A stretch of 64,000 nucleotides of DNA from assembly GCF_000150275.1 (NCBI RefSeq), contig NW_002060945.1, forward strand, positions 1,678,199 through 1,742,198. Direction: 5' to 3'. The stretch is from Trichoplax adhaerens. Taxonomy: Eukaryota; Animalia; Placozoa. The notes beneath the pieces were generated by a model, which ran no database searches, was not told the origin of the DNA, and saw nothing but the letters and a program-made list of their open reading frames with translations. Positions within the stretch are counted from its first letter, which is position 1; each line of letters starts with the position of its first letter. Positions 14,140-27,504 of the stretch are shown one piece after another. The position numbers and the translations under genes were made by a program.

Positions 14140-16730
14140 TAGCTGAAGAAAGGAGTGTACTGTAAATTGATTGATCTCCGTACTGTACAGTAGGCAGCAC
14201 CACAGTGGAGAGTACTGTAGACTGTCAAGTCAAATATAAACAAACAGCCTACTTGACTGTCCATATTCTGTACCGTGGCGCAACGACTGGACTACTGTAC
14301 TCCAGTTAACTTACTCTACTGGGTACTGTTATGCCAACAAGGATTGCATTGCGGAGACTTTTCCTCCATTTCCTTGAATACTGTATAACATGATAATATG
14401 ATAGCCAACAAGACGGAGCCCTATTGACGGACGCTGACTACCTACGGATTTCTTATTGTTGCCGATGTACAGTACTGTACTGTACAGTACAGTATTTCAC
14501 CGAGATAAGCAAGCAATATACTGTACAGTACAATCAAAAGCTTGGAGGAGAAACCTGCTGTACTGTACACTGTACAGTACTGCAGTTTGAAGGCAGTTTA
14601 TGATCATTTTTTTGGACAGTGGGCCGTCTTTAAAGTTATTCTACACTCCCTCAACAGGTTCTTTCATCGGTTCAACGCAAAAGTTATTGATTACCATCAA
14701 AAAATAGTTGACAAGCAATAGTGCATCTTGTTGACCGCTAAACTTGTTTGATAATCGATTACAAATCGAGCGTGTACAGTACAACGCCTACAGTACTGTA
14801 CAAAACCTTCATTTTTCCCTTAGTACTATCGCAATCGGAATACAGTACTTTAATCAAGAATGGCTTTGAAATTCGATATCGTACGCAAATTATAACGATG
14901 GATTCGTGTTATTGGATTTCTGCTCTATGGCTTGACATGCAATTTGTTCAAGTTCTGTACATACTTTTTGATTTTGCTTTGGTTTAAATACGTACAAGTT
15001 TCTCCGACACTTTGTACTGTACGTGCCGGACCGTAATGTTGAAATTTTGTAAGGGAAAGAAAACATTCAAGTCTATGACTGTGGTCGCTAATCGAAGTAT
15101 CTTGTCCTTATTAGAAATGGACCATAGTAAAGTATGAGTAAAGCTAGATATTGAGTTTATCTAGATTACTGATGAATTCGTGATTGCCGCATGTACAGTG
15201 AGTTGGTCATTTTTGAGTACAGTATTGATATCATGTATGCTACCGTGGGCCATGAAACCGAGCATCAACATCCAGCTTGTGTACAATCACTTTAATGTAC
15301 ACAATGCCATACTGAGTGTGTGTCCGCCTCGGCAACTGGTAAACTAGAGAAACCTTGAAACGTACGTACGGTAAACTGCGATCAGTAAATCACGAGTTAT
15401 TTTTGACTGGCCCGTGATTAATTTTCAAGTTGAATCATTCAACTGCAATCATGATCCACTACTGTATAGATTAGGACTTTACTACAAAAATAGTTTGTTG
15501 GGAATGTTGTGATCCATCATTTACCGCTGTAGGGATACACAATGGTAAGTCATGGATACACAATTACACATACTGTACACTCGAGACTGTTGTGTACAGT
15601 ACTGTACTGTGTACATTGCACAGCAGTGTTTTCCTAATTTCTTTCTTATCCAATGTCATGAGAAAAAAAATGTTCAATTTGAAGAAGCCGCAAGTCGAAA
15701 GCAAAGACTTGGAGGTAACTGGTGTCTCTATGAATGCGATCTACAGCATATATATAGATATACACACGCAAGTACAAGTATTGATATGTCACTACAGGCT
15801 ACAGAGTACCTTATGTAGCAATTAATCTGCGCTCACTTCGCTACCATCACACCCTTGCAAACTAACACGTCATCCCTTGCTGACTGTAGTAAACTGCTAG
15901 CTGGAAAGCCTTATGCCTCTGTTTGCGGTCCGTAAATTGGGCTGTAGGCCATATTAATGACTATAAGGAAATGGATGATTTTACGGTATAAAGTATGGAA
16001 CCCCACACTTGTTTACAAGGATCGAACATGAAAAGGTAATTGAGTATTAATTTGTTTTATTTGATTTGATTGCCAGAAAGCAATGTCACATGGCGTGTTG
16101 AACATTCGACGGTAAACAACAACAACTGCTTTGATTGACGACCTCCCGCGTAGCTAAAAAGTAGTTCGCCATCGATCACGTGATGATTTGTTTTTTTCTT
16201 GCATTCATATCAATCTGTCATTCATTGTTCTTCTGTGTACAGTCAAGTACAATCACTTTGAAACGGGTCTACAGTACATTACACTGTGTAGTACAGTGTA
16301 ATGTGCTGTAGTAGACTATCCACACTATGGTTGTCGGTGTCACTTTTTGGACGTCGCAACAGGGTCATACTGTACAGTACTGTCTGTACAGTGTACACTG
16401 TACTGGATCAGAGACTACTGAAAAGAAAGAGAGGGACAGCTTACCACTTTCGGTACAAAATAATATGGAGGGGGGGCTTTATCCTTTTCCTCGTTCCCGG
16501 TGTATAGTGTACTGCTGCAGACATGCAATACAGCTAAAATGACCATTAAAATAATCAGCCTCTCAATGATCATTAGTACATTGAACGATCGTTTCGCCTT
16601 CCTCTCTTTCCTTCTTTTGAGTAGGTTGGAGTAGTGGTCATGATAGGATACTAACCAACTATCAATCTGTGATGGTTCAATACTATACAGTATGAAGCTA
16701 CCGTGTCAAATCTTACTGTACAGTCTTCAG
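14140..16730. repeat. Dispersed ACAGT/ACTGT (TACTGTAC) repeat island upstream of the ALK4/5/7 receptor
   Basis: Many gtacagta/tactgtac words, e.g. 14467-14494, 14517-14582, 15571-15613, 16270-16403; region looks less AT-rich than flanking introns. Boundaries approximate. Confidence 0.7.
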
Positions 16731-19700
16731 TATGACTTGACTGGCGACACCTTGCTCCCATACTGAGTGAGGTAAGTTAGCAGTCTACAATTCTTCCTTA
16801 CCTTGATCGTCCTGATTCACAAGGATTGTGAAAACAGGTTGAGGATGAAATATTTATAACGGAGAGTTTATTCGGCAGTCAGTGGCATAAAAAGACAGTA
16901 ATAGTAATAGTGGCAATATTGTACTATAGAATAATTATACAGTGTACATGCCAGGTTTCTTTCTTTTTACTTTGATCAACATATACTACTAAATAAATAG
17001 TATGGTGTATAACTGTATATTGTATAGTTCTACATAGTTCTACAGAGACGTACATGAATTCATAAAGTCATTCATTATATTACTAGCGGGGACATTCCCC
17101 TACATCCCTTTAGTAGTCCATGCCAGCGCCTTCTAAAATAGAACAAGCGAATACATGTCTTGCTTATAAGACAAGACTTTGAATGTACTAGTGTACTTTC
17201 CAAGGAAGATCGGATTGCACTTCGTTCACAGTACCATCAGTACTGTGAACGAAATAAGCGTATTATCAATCATGAAGAGAAAGCCCTGCTTTCAATACTT
17301 CAATGCTTTTTACTGGACTGGTTCAAAAGTCTTCCATAGTTATTATTTTAGCCATGGAGGTAGAAGAAAATTAAATTACCTCCACAATTCTAGCAAAACA
17401 ACATAAACAAAGTAGTACTGTACTGTAACTTTCTATCTGTTAGGGATACCCTTGCTGTGTATTCGATTATTATTTATTTATTTAAACCACAAACCAAAAC
17501 TTGTTTTTTTCTAGTGATCATAAGTCTATAGTTACTTTCCTCCACAGAAGGAAAGGCTCAAGATATAATAACGGATGATAATGGTGTATCGAGGCCCTTG
17601 ACAGTTTCGTAAAACTCAAGCTAATACTATAACTTGTAGCCATTTTTCTCGTGATCTATGCCACTTGGTTGATCCTACTGATGAGTTCATCAACGTCCAA
17701 TGACATACTAGTTCCATTTTCCACCTTCGTATTAATTCTAAAAGAATTATTTCGCCTTACACTAGCATATATCGTATTTTATGCTTTTTCAAATTTTTTG
17801 TCCTTTTATTTGTAAATGTAGTAAATTTATTTCACAACAGTAGTTCAGTAATTGTGACCATAACCTCAACTTTTACACTCAATTTAGCACCGCCTATTTC
17901 AAGCATATAATCTTAAATTGCTGGATAAATAAGCTTAATGGACAGACTTAGTAAAGTCGATTGATTATTTTACTCACAGTGTATAAAAGAAAATCGATAT
18001 CATCTATTTACTATACTGTACATTTGCTGGATAGTTTACTGTAATTCACTCAGTTGGAACTAGATCTAGTGATTCTGAATTTTCGATTTTTTGTTAGGTC
18101 GTCATTGGCACATGATAGAAGAGATCACACAAGAGTGGTATTGAGTCGTTGCATAGACTGTATTAATACGGAATATTAGATATAGTAAATACATGTACTT
18201 TTTTTAATCGTAAATTTATGGTAGCCACTAATATCCAAATAGAAACCCGACAAACTTTATTAAGATATCCTCTATCCATCTACAGTATAGTTAGTATTAC
18301 TGTAGTACGCAATATGTCTTTAATACAAAATCATAAAGAGTATTTAGCACTTTTGCATCTAGAAATGATTTTAATGTTCTCCAAGCAGTTGCTATAATGA
18401 AGAATAGTTCAGATCCTTAATCTATAGGAAGATCTAATACATTGTAAAAATATTCAGCGCTATGTGATGAATAGTTACGAAAATGTGGTAGTGAAAATAT
18501 CAACCAAGAGAACAGATTAGTTTATATCCATGTAATATATGCAGATTAATTCCAATATGCTATTTAGACATCGTACATTAGAGACCCCATTTTCTTAAGT
18601 ACAGAGTCCCTATCGTATATGTACTGCTTGAAGTTCAGACATAAAGGAATTGCAACAACCAGCTAATAGTATGAAATTATTTCTGTATTCAATGGAAAAC
18701 TACATTTTAAAGATAATATCATTGATGCGAAGTTTTATTTAGAAGAATTTTAAAGTACATTTTATTTTAATATATACTACTGCATTATAACTTAAATGAA
18801 AGTAGCAGAAACTCTAAAAGCTCGGTAAAATAATTAGAAAAGTAAAGCAAAGATTCTGTTTCTAGCTATTCAGATCTTAGGCAGAAAATTACATCCTAAA
18901 TTTCTAGTCATTTAGACAACGTTCAAGCACGCATGTTATGCAATAGGGAATAGCTAAAACTTTACACGTAGTTTATCTAAAATGCGTTATTACAACAGAA
19001 AATAAATTTAGTCACAACTGACGAACCCAAATAATTACCGGTAATTAATTAATTAATTAATATAATAGTCTTCTAAATGGTAACTTTACTTTATAACACT
19101 AAAGAATTGATAAAATCTTGTTTCCGTTTTCAGTAATCAGACATTTTTTATTCTTCAACTGTAACTTTAGAGATCGTAACCATTTGTAAGAATTTACGAG
19201 AATTTGAATACGTCGCAAGTCTTTCTATTTAAAATCGCTAAGAGGAGGAAGTAGGTAGCTCGAGAAAAGAATAAAACATGAAATAAAGATTGCTATCACT
19301 TCATCAAGGATATCTGTGAAGATAAAGATTATATTTGCAGCAAAGCTAACAGTTTAATAGCTAATTTATCATCATTCATTTCTGTTTTTTATGATAACCT
19401 ATAATGCGACAGTCGCGTGGATCCAGAAATATAGGCAGGCTAGCTGACTTAGAATATTATATACTGAACACTTGTATACAATATATTGATGATATTTGTC
19501 ATATTGTATTTGCGTTATCATGCAGATATTCATATATACTCAAGGTTTTGGTAGCACAATTCTAAACTCATTTTATTTGGTACTAATACTATTGAATATA
19601 TCTAAAAATCTTATTCTATTGTAAGTTACAATCGGGATACGTATAATTAATTAATATTAGCAGCAATCTATGCTGCACAACAATAACTGCATAGTAAATC

Positions 19701-21764
19701 GTTTGCTTAATGCAGATTTAAACTACATATCTTGTAGATTATGAAGATATAACCAGTAATGAGAAAGGATAGTAAATGAAACCTAAAAATGAACATAGAT
19801 AATTGTAATAGTACAGTTCAAGAATTACTATTTAAGGCTAAAATTCAAAGGCTTTGTGATCACAAGTAGTCCTATAACATTGATACCAATGGGCCCTCTT
19901 AGAAGGTAAGATTGCAATAGCGATAATTATAGGAAATTGAATTTTATTAGACTAACTAAAAAGAAAAGTTTCTTGTTGATTTTATTCATTTGCAAACAGT
20001 CGTTAATAAACAACTACCAAGTACAGATAGATACGATCTTGAGTTATTGATGTAGTGAAAATAAAACAGACGAGACTTAATACTTCATTTTGATTACTGG
20101 ATATTGGAGAGTACAGAATGCCGCTATTTTATTTCGAATCAGTTCGCGTATTTAGGTAGTGTAATTAATTAATATTATGATCTTTCGTCGTAAAACTACT
20201 ACTATACATACAAGTATGTAGTTAATACTAGCGTCTTTAAATACACTATGAAAATATCAAACGCTAACATACTTCGTAATGTATTAGCCAATTAATTATT
20301 GAACGATTAAAGCAATTTTACAGACAAACTACGTAGGACAGTATTATAAGTGACTACAAAATAACACGGAAAGATACTTCTATACTTTTAGGCCGATTTT
20401 ACATTTCTGTATTTGCTATATAGAAATTTCAACATTCCATACAATAGCCTACCCCTGCTAATCTGTCGTTATCAAGGTTTCAAGTTTGTATAGAGCATAT
20501 AATACTATTACAGAAGAATGCACCTAAATCCATTTATTAGAATATGATCCCGTTTAACGAATCTAGCATAATAGAATATTAAGCGACAAAACTCAGTTAC
20601 CTTGAAAGAAAGTTGAAATTGTCCTTTTGATAATAATAAATTTGCGAGTCAATGTAACATCACGATGTTTGCAGAATGATAATAACATAATCACTGCATG
20701 CTAGTTTATACTATATTGTCGTGTTTTTACAATGATATCGTGATTAAGTGATACTTTAATTATCGCGTTCTCCTCAGTATTGGCGGTCTAAATGGCTGAA
20801 TGATGAAAACTAACTTAGAAACTATTTTATCACCTGCGGTTATAATCTTGCAACAATTAAGCGTATAATTATAACTTGATATCGATTATTTAAAGTCCAT
20901 AATAGCATGCAAGCAATTGAGAGCAAAGACAAATGGATATTAACTGAAATCTATCCAGTCTCTAATTTTAACACGATAAATTGCCAATTGTATTTTTAAC
21001 CGCTAAAAAGTATGTGTAATGGTGGTAAAAGAAGATGGAAGCTAGCTGAAATCTGTAATTTTGTAATACTGTAACTGCCAACTAGGGCATATCCATAAGA
21101 TAATAAATTGCGAATGATTGAGAATAAAGAAGCACATTTTATCTACTATTGCTTTATAAATTTACCAATTATGTTAACTACCTCTCGACATTAATTGTAA
21201 AGTTTTTGACTATTAAGAACGTGGTGACTTTCTCTGTTTTAGTTGATCTTGTCCTTTTTGTGAAAGATTGATGATGTAATAATCTCAGGGGCAGACTCTA
21301 AAAACTTATAAAACGCATTTATATTTAATTTTTTCAAAAAGTTCATATTGTATTATATAGCATAGATACATCTATCGTTTTGGAATTATTAATGCACGTA
21401 TCGATTTTAGAATACAAATAGAGAAATATTTTAATCCTGATCAACGGATCATACGTTAAAACTCGCTCGCGTACAATATGCGGAACAAATTTTCAGATAC
21501 CACGATATTAAGCTCAAGTACCAAAAATAACATTCATCGGTTTCATAAGAATATTTAACTTTTATTAAAGCATCTTCCATGACCGTGAGCGATAATAATA
21601 TCAGCTATTAAATAGAGTATTATGTCATAATTTATATGATCTTTTTACGTAAAGCTACGTTGTTAATAGTTACTAATCCAAGAAATCCAATCGTTTTTTT
21701 AGCTGAGACTTTGTTAATCATGCTGTTAGGTTTAAACTAATAACAATTCTTGCTGGTATACAAT

Positions 21765-21810
21765 TATATCTACGAGACTACTTTCCCTATTTTGGATGAA
21801 TAAGAAATGC
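21765..21810 (-). pseudogene. Degenerate remnant of the SEC61B last exon upstream of GRL copy 1
   Basis: Sequence from about 21610 to 21810 aligns by eye to 26580-26760 and 31590-31770 (aattcttgctggtatacaatt...tacgagactactttccc). The reading frame contains stops and the 5' part of the exon is deleted. Confidence 0.7.
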
Positions 21811-22389
21811 TCCTAATACTTTACATTTTATGATTTAGTCACATAGTCTATAGACTGTCGGAACTTATAAGAATGTAATAATTAATAAAATGCCTAATTA
21901 CTAAATCATAGCAAAATACTGCGGTAGATAATGGCGCATACTAATTTCGTATATTATTATTATTCTGCAAGTATTGTAAAATTATTGTTCATGTTGTATT
22001 TTATTACTATTATATCATGAATAATGATATAGAATCACACAGTACAGGATAATTTATATGACAATATGCTCTATTTTATCCATACACTCCCGTAGAGGAA
22101 CAGTTGGTCGTAATGAACTACTGGTACTGCGTAATTGAGCATTTGAGCGCTTGTCAATTTAGAATACTTTAGCAGTGAAGTAAATATATAGCGTGCAAAA
22201 GTAATAAATTTAAAATTAGTGCATGTGGACAGTCCATCACTTCGTGACAGGTACAACAACTATAACTATACTCATTAAAACCGATAATTTAATCCAAACC
22301 ATTGTTAAGTGTCGACTTTTAGATAATGGAAACTATTGTTTACAAGTTAACATTGTACACGTCTAATTTAATAGATAAGATTGTGAGTC

Positions 22390-22397
22390 TATATAAA
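22390..22397 (+). promoter_or_regulatory. Putative TATA box of GRL copy 1
   Basis: TATATAAA about 105 nt upstream of the ATG, conserved in the paralogous promoter at 27412-27419. Confidence 0.5.
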
Positions 22398-22501
22398 TTC
22401 ATTAAATTGATAAAAAAATAATCAGCCATTACACTCCTTCGCAAATCACTTCAGCTCATATTTCCATCTCGGCAGCTATAGTAGCAGAAAGCGATAACAA
22501 A

Positions 22502-25393
22502 ATGGAATCGAAAAGATCTAGTAACGATATAGTTTTAGCCAGTATAGACGAAGATCGAGAAAGTTCGAATGAAAATGGTACTGTGACTTATCATACTTCT
22601 ACAAGGTCATCCCTTGAAAATAACGTAGACACAGAAAATAGTAATAATAGATTTGGCGTTGATGACGGCATCAGATCAGTTTCAAATTCTAACAATCCAA
22701 TTATCATCGCTATTAAACCAATTTTATGCATATTAAAAGTATTTGGCGTGTACTATTCGGTTCCAGATAACAGTAATGTTATCGATACGCATTATGACGA
22801 CTGCCGAAGTGCAATGTTAGCCGACTGTCAACTAAAAAAGAAACGAACAAGAAGAACTATCTTCACTCCTTTGCGACTTTATTCCCTAGCGGTTTGTTTT
22901 TTACTGTGGATTAATGCAGGACGATTCGGGGCTAATGTTTTTATATATCAAAATACATCTTGGATGCCATTTGTTATATTATACGTTCTATGGCTTTTCC
23001 AAGTAGCAGGCAATGTATCTCTTTATTATTATATGTGCCATCGTAAGTTGCCGATACTCTTTAAGCACATTAGTAAGATACAAAGTAACGAATGTCAAGA
23101 CTTTTTAGCTTGTATCGGGCGTTATACTAGAAAACGATGTATCTATTTTCTGATTCCGGCGACGATCTTTGCCTCTATAAATATCGTGTTTCCTATATTC
23201 TCTCAATTTGGTCCAATTACAGAATTGAGAGTTGTAATGGATGTGATAAATAGTCCATGGCAAAATTCTACTGTCTTTCCCTACGTGTACATATTTGCAA
23301 TTCACGTCTATTGTACAATAGCATGGATCTATCCAATGGTTCTATTTTGTTTATGCTGCTTGATAATGGCCCATAAATTCCATACCTTAACTAAACGCTT
23401 TAAAAAGGCGATTCTACGGAATAACAGCGATATTATCCGGACTCTAGCGATTTATCGAGAACAACATCAAGCGTACTGTGTTATAACAGAATTACTTTCA
23501 GATACTTTCTCATTATTTATAGGTTACTTATACGTTACAAACCTTGCAAAAGCTTGCTTTAATTTATATCGCCTAATTTTTAACTGGAGTGTAAATGGTT
23601 TGTTAATGAACATTACATTAATAATATGGTTCATTGCTACTACTGGTATGACTATAATAACTTCATGGGTTGCTTCTATTCTTAATGCAGAGGTACAGTA
23701 TAACAATATTACACTAAACAAGTAATACGATGAAGTTTATTCTCTATTATTATTTCAATATATGCGAATTCGAAGTTCGTCAAGAACGAGTACGCTTACA
23801 ATACACTAAATTATCATGTTATCGATTTGTATCTATATAATCAATACTTATAATATTGTTAAATATATTAAACATAAAAATACAAAAACTTGAATAATGA
23901 TGTAAATAGACTCGTAAAATTGTTATCTAAATTTAGACAATTTCGACTTCCCTTTCGAAGTAACTAAGATTTATCGCTTAGTATTCCGTTACGCTAGATT
24001 TGCTTTAATGGTATTTTATTGTAATAAATATTCTTAGGCACATTCTCCAATATCAGTGTTATACTCTCTACAAACTCGAAATATTGGTAACGACGGATTA
24101 GCAGAGGTAAGCTTTATATAGTTATCGCAATTTCTACATAAGTAATAACATAAAATCAAGTTAAAGTATATACTGTAAACATATTACTTTATGTCGTATT
24201 GTACTATTTCGCAGTCACTCATAACATTATCGTATGTAGCTTATCAGTAAAATTACTTTTATTTTCTATTAATTATAATAAATTAGCTAATGCATTACCA
24301 GTATTGAATATGCAGACAAAGTAATAGCAAATGATTGTAGGAAACAGTGAAGACTGTAGGCGCTATAAATAAATTAACATAACAAACTATATTTGAGTAT
24401 AATTGAAATAGACTGTAAAGCTATCTATATTCGGTATAATACAAGATGTCTATATTTAATTAAGAATATGTTACAGACTACAGTGAAATCTAAATACACT
24501 ACAATCAATAACTCAAGATATTGTCTATATGTAGATGGTAGCAATTTATTAACGATCGTTTATAACTGTATAAGATTAAATAAGTAATATTTCTTTAAAG
24601 CTGATCTAGTAAAATTCTAATAAAATTCAATTTTCTATAGTTGCTCCTATTTCAGTCTCGCCTTCTAGCAGAACCCATTGGTATCAGTATTGTTGGAATG
24701 TTTGTGATAACAAGATCTTTGATTTTGACAGTAAGTGTTACCTACATTTCTTTAGATGTATTATTACAACCAACTAGGTACATTTTCAGATCTCTATTTA
24801 CAATTCTTTCTCATTACTGTTTATATTTATATAATGGGCGAGATATCGCAGTTTATGTCTACAGTATAGTTTCTTTAGTGAGAAATATATGGGATTGAAT
24901 TTAGTTGTCTTTACTGCGGTAGCTATCTTATGTAGGTACTAATAGGCGATATGGACTGCAGCTAATATTAATATTAATTCTATTTCGACCTTAACTTAAA
25001 ATATTAGAAAAGATCCATTACATACATTCAGTTACGCCATTACCCAATAAAGTGATTTTAAGATTGTGGCATCAAAACTTAGTATACATTACGTATAAGT
25101 ATATAATTACATAGTACGTATATAATATAGGAGTATTAAGTCGGTAAGCCTGAGTCTCTTTCTAGATTCGCATGATTATACTGTCAATTATCGTTTATCA
25201 GATTAGGTTAAAATGAATGATATATGTAATTAATTAGCTGTTAGACTACTAGGTCTTCTGTAACTGTAATATGTATCTTTACGGATATCTTTGATAACGC
25301 GATAGTAATCTTTATATTTTATTTTTTCTAAAGTTGCTAGGTATTTTTGTTACCTACTTCTTTCTTTTAGCGCAGCTACATGGAAAGGCTTAA
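22502..25393 (+). CDS. Gustatory receptor-like (GRL, insect OR/GR superfamily 7TM ion channel), copy 1, 469 aa. Exons 22502-23692, 24038-24106, 24641-24730, 25334-25393
   Basis: Multiple hydrophobic helices; C-terminus GISIVGMFVITRSLILTLLGIFVTYFFLLAQL carries the TYhhhhhQ(F) signature. A long first exon followed by three phase-0 introns near the 3' end is the hallmark GR/GRL gene structure. Confidence 0.9.
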
Positions 25394-26718
25394 ACGAATT
25401 AAGATTCTCGTGAGCACTTACAAAGGGTTTACAATTTCTGAAGTTACAGTTACGAGGAAAAATACTGTTACTACTTAAGACGAAAACAAGTTTACATCAA
25501 CTCATTAATAAACTATTTAGATGACTATTACACGAATTGACTACTATAGGATTTTTAATAAATCTATTTTATTGTCGTGATAGCGTATGTTATATAAACT
25601 GTACATATATCTTTAAGTCATACTCTGTTTACACGACGTATATTTTAAAAATCGCTTTAAATAATTAAAATTTAGAGACATAATTTTTTGTCCAAGATTT
25701 GGATATCAAGCACTAAAATACTGTTTGTAGTTGTTTTACCGAGCCTTAAAAAGTTTCAAGTACTATCATGGAAGTTGTCATGCAACAACTAGCTCGTCTT
25801 TGCAGTTTGCTTTTACAGATTATCTTGGTATCTAAACTTTAAATAATATGATATTTCTATAGAATATCAGAACTAATCTTTATGTTCTATGCTTCTAAGT
25901 ACAGATTAGGTTCTGTTAGCTGACATTTTTATCACCACGTAACCCTAAACACTTGTACATTGCTGTAGATCTGGATTATCCTACACTATACTAACTTCTT
26001 CGAGAATATTAAAGTCATTTCTGGAGACAAAAAACTGTGATTACTTTTTATGATTTTATATTAAAGACATTATGACGTACGGTATCTAGAGTAACACCAT
26101 ATATACTGTAGAGAAATACAAGATATCTTGCTAATGTCTATCAGATTTCTGTTAGGATATTAGTTACTACTGCATATTGCAATTAAAAGCAGCAATTGTC
26201 TTTACTATCATAACTAACATTACACAGCATTACAATTTATGCAATACTAATACCGATGTACCGTAATACAATAAATCGAAAGTTTGGTATCATCGTGTAG
26301 TAGATTAAATTATCCGTCCAATGTATAATGAAAAGATGACATGAACTTTCTTTTCTACTCTGTAAGAGTACAGTGATCGACTGTGCCTGTTCTTTCGTTT
26401 AGCCTCGCATATCTAAGACTAAGCACGAAACTGAAGTAAAGGGTTAGGCTATGATTGCAGTTTCTGCGCTACCATCATGAAAATAAATTTACTATGTTAC
26501 GAATGAGAGGACAAAAATTTATGAAAGCATAAAATACGAAACATACTACTGTAAGACGACGTTCATATTTCGCAGAATTAATTACAGTATCATGTAATGC
26601 TTTCGCGTAAAGCTATATAATTTCTATTCCAAGAAATTTAATCGTTTTTTAACTGAGAATTTATTAATTAATCACGTCATTAGGTTAAAATTGATAACAG
26701 TTCTTGCTGGCATACAAT

Positions 26719-26805
26719 TTATCTACGACAATACTTCTCCATAAATGGAATCAGAAAATAGCAACAATGTATATGATACTCATGACCAAAACTGGCACAG
26801 ACTCT
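26719..26805 (-). pseudogene. Duplicated SEC61B last exon with premature stop
   Basis: Near-identical to 31728-31815 with an intact caacAG acceptor. It reads [17 protein letters not shown] then TGA (26753-26751), followed by a 1-nt deletion relative to the functional exon. Confidence 0.85.
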
Positions 26806-27411
26806 CTGTTGATATAAAAATGGGTGTCATTAATTATTTAAATTGCTGCACATATAGAACAATAGACTACGCTTTCAATACTTGCATTTTATGATTCAGT
26901 CACCTAGACTACAGGAACTTATGAGAACGTGATAATTAACAAGACACCTAATCACTGAATCATAGCAAAACACTACGGTATATACTGGTGCACAATAACC
27001 ATGTTATTATTATCCTACAAGTATTAAAAACTTTTGTTCATACGAGTACTGTATTATGTCATGAATAGTAGAATAATTTATCATAATGAACTACTGTATA
27101 ATTGAGCGCTTGTCAATTTATAATTCTTTAGCAGTGAAATACAGACCTGTATGGCATACGGTATTTGCGGCAACATTAAATTTACTAATGTTGTATTGTT
27201 TCCAATATATAGCATGTAACAGTATTAAATTTGAAATCAGTGCATTTGGACAGTCTATCCCTTTATTACAGGTAAAACAGCTATAAGTATACTCATTAAA
27301 ACGAACAATTTAATCTAAACCATTGTTAAGTGTCGATTTTCAGGAGATAAAAACTATTGTTTAGAAGTTAAAATTGCTTATTATCTAATTTTATAGATAA
27401 GATTTCGAGCC

Positions 27412-27419
27412 TATATAAA
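27412..27419 (+). promoter_or_regulatory. Putative TATA box of GRL copy 2
   Basis: TATATAAA about 85 nt upstream of the ATG, conserved with copy 1. Confidence 0.5.
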
Positions 27420-27504
27420 TTGATGAAACAATAATCAGTCATTACGACCCTTCGTAAATCACTTTAACTCACACTTCTATATAGTTGCAGAAAGCGACAA
27501 CAAA

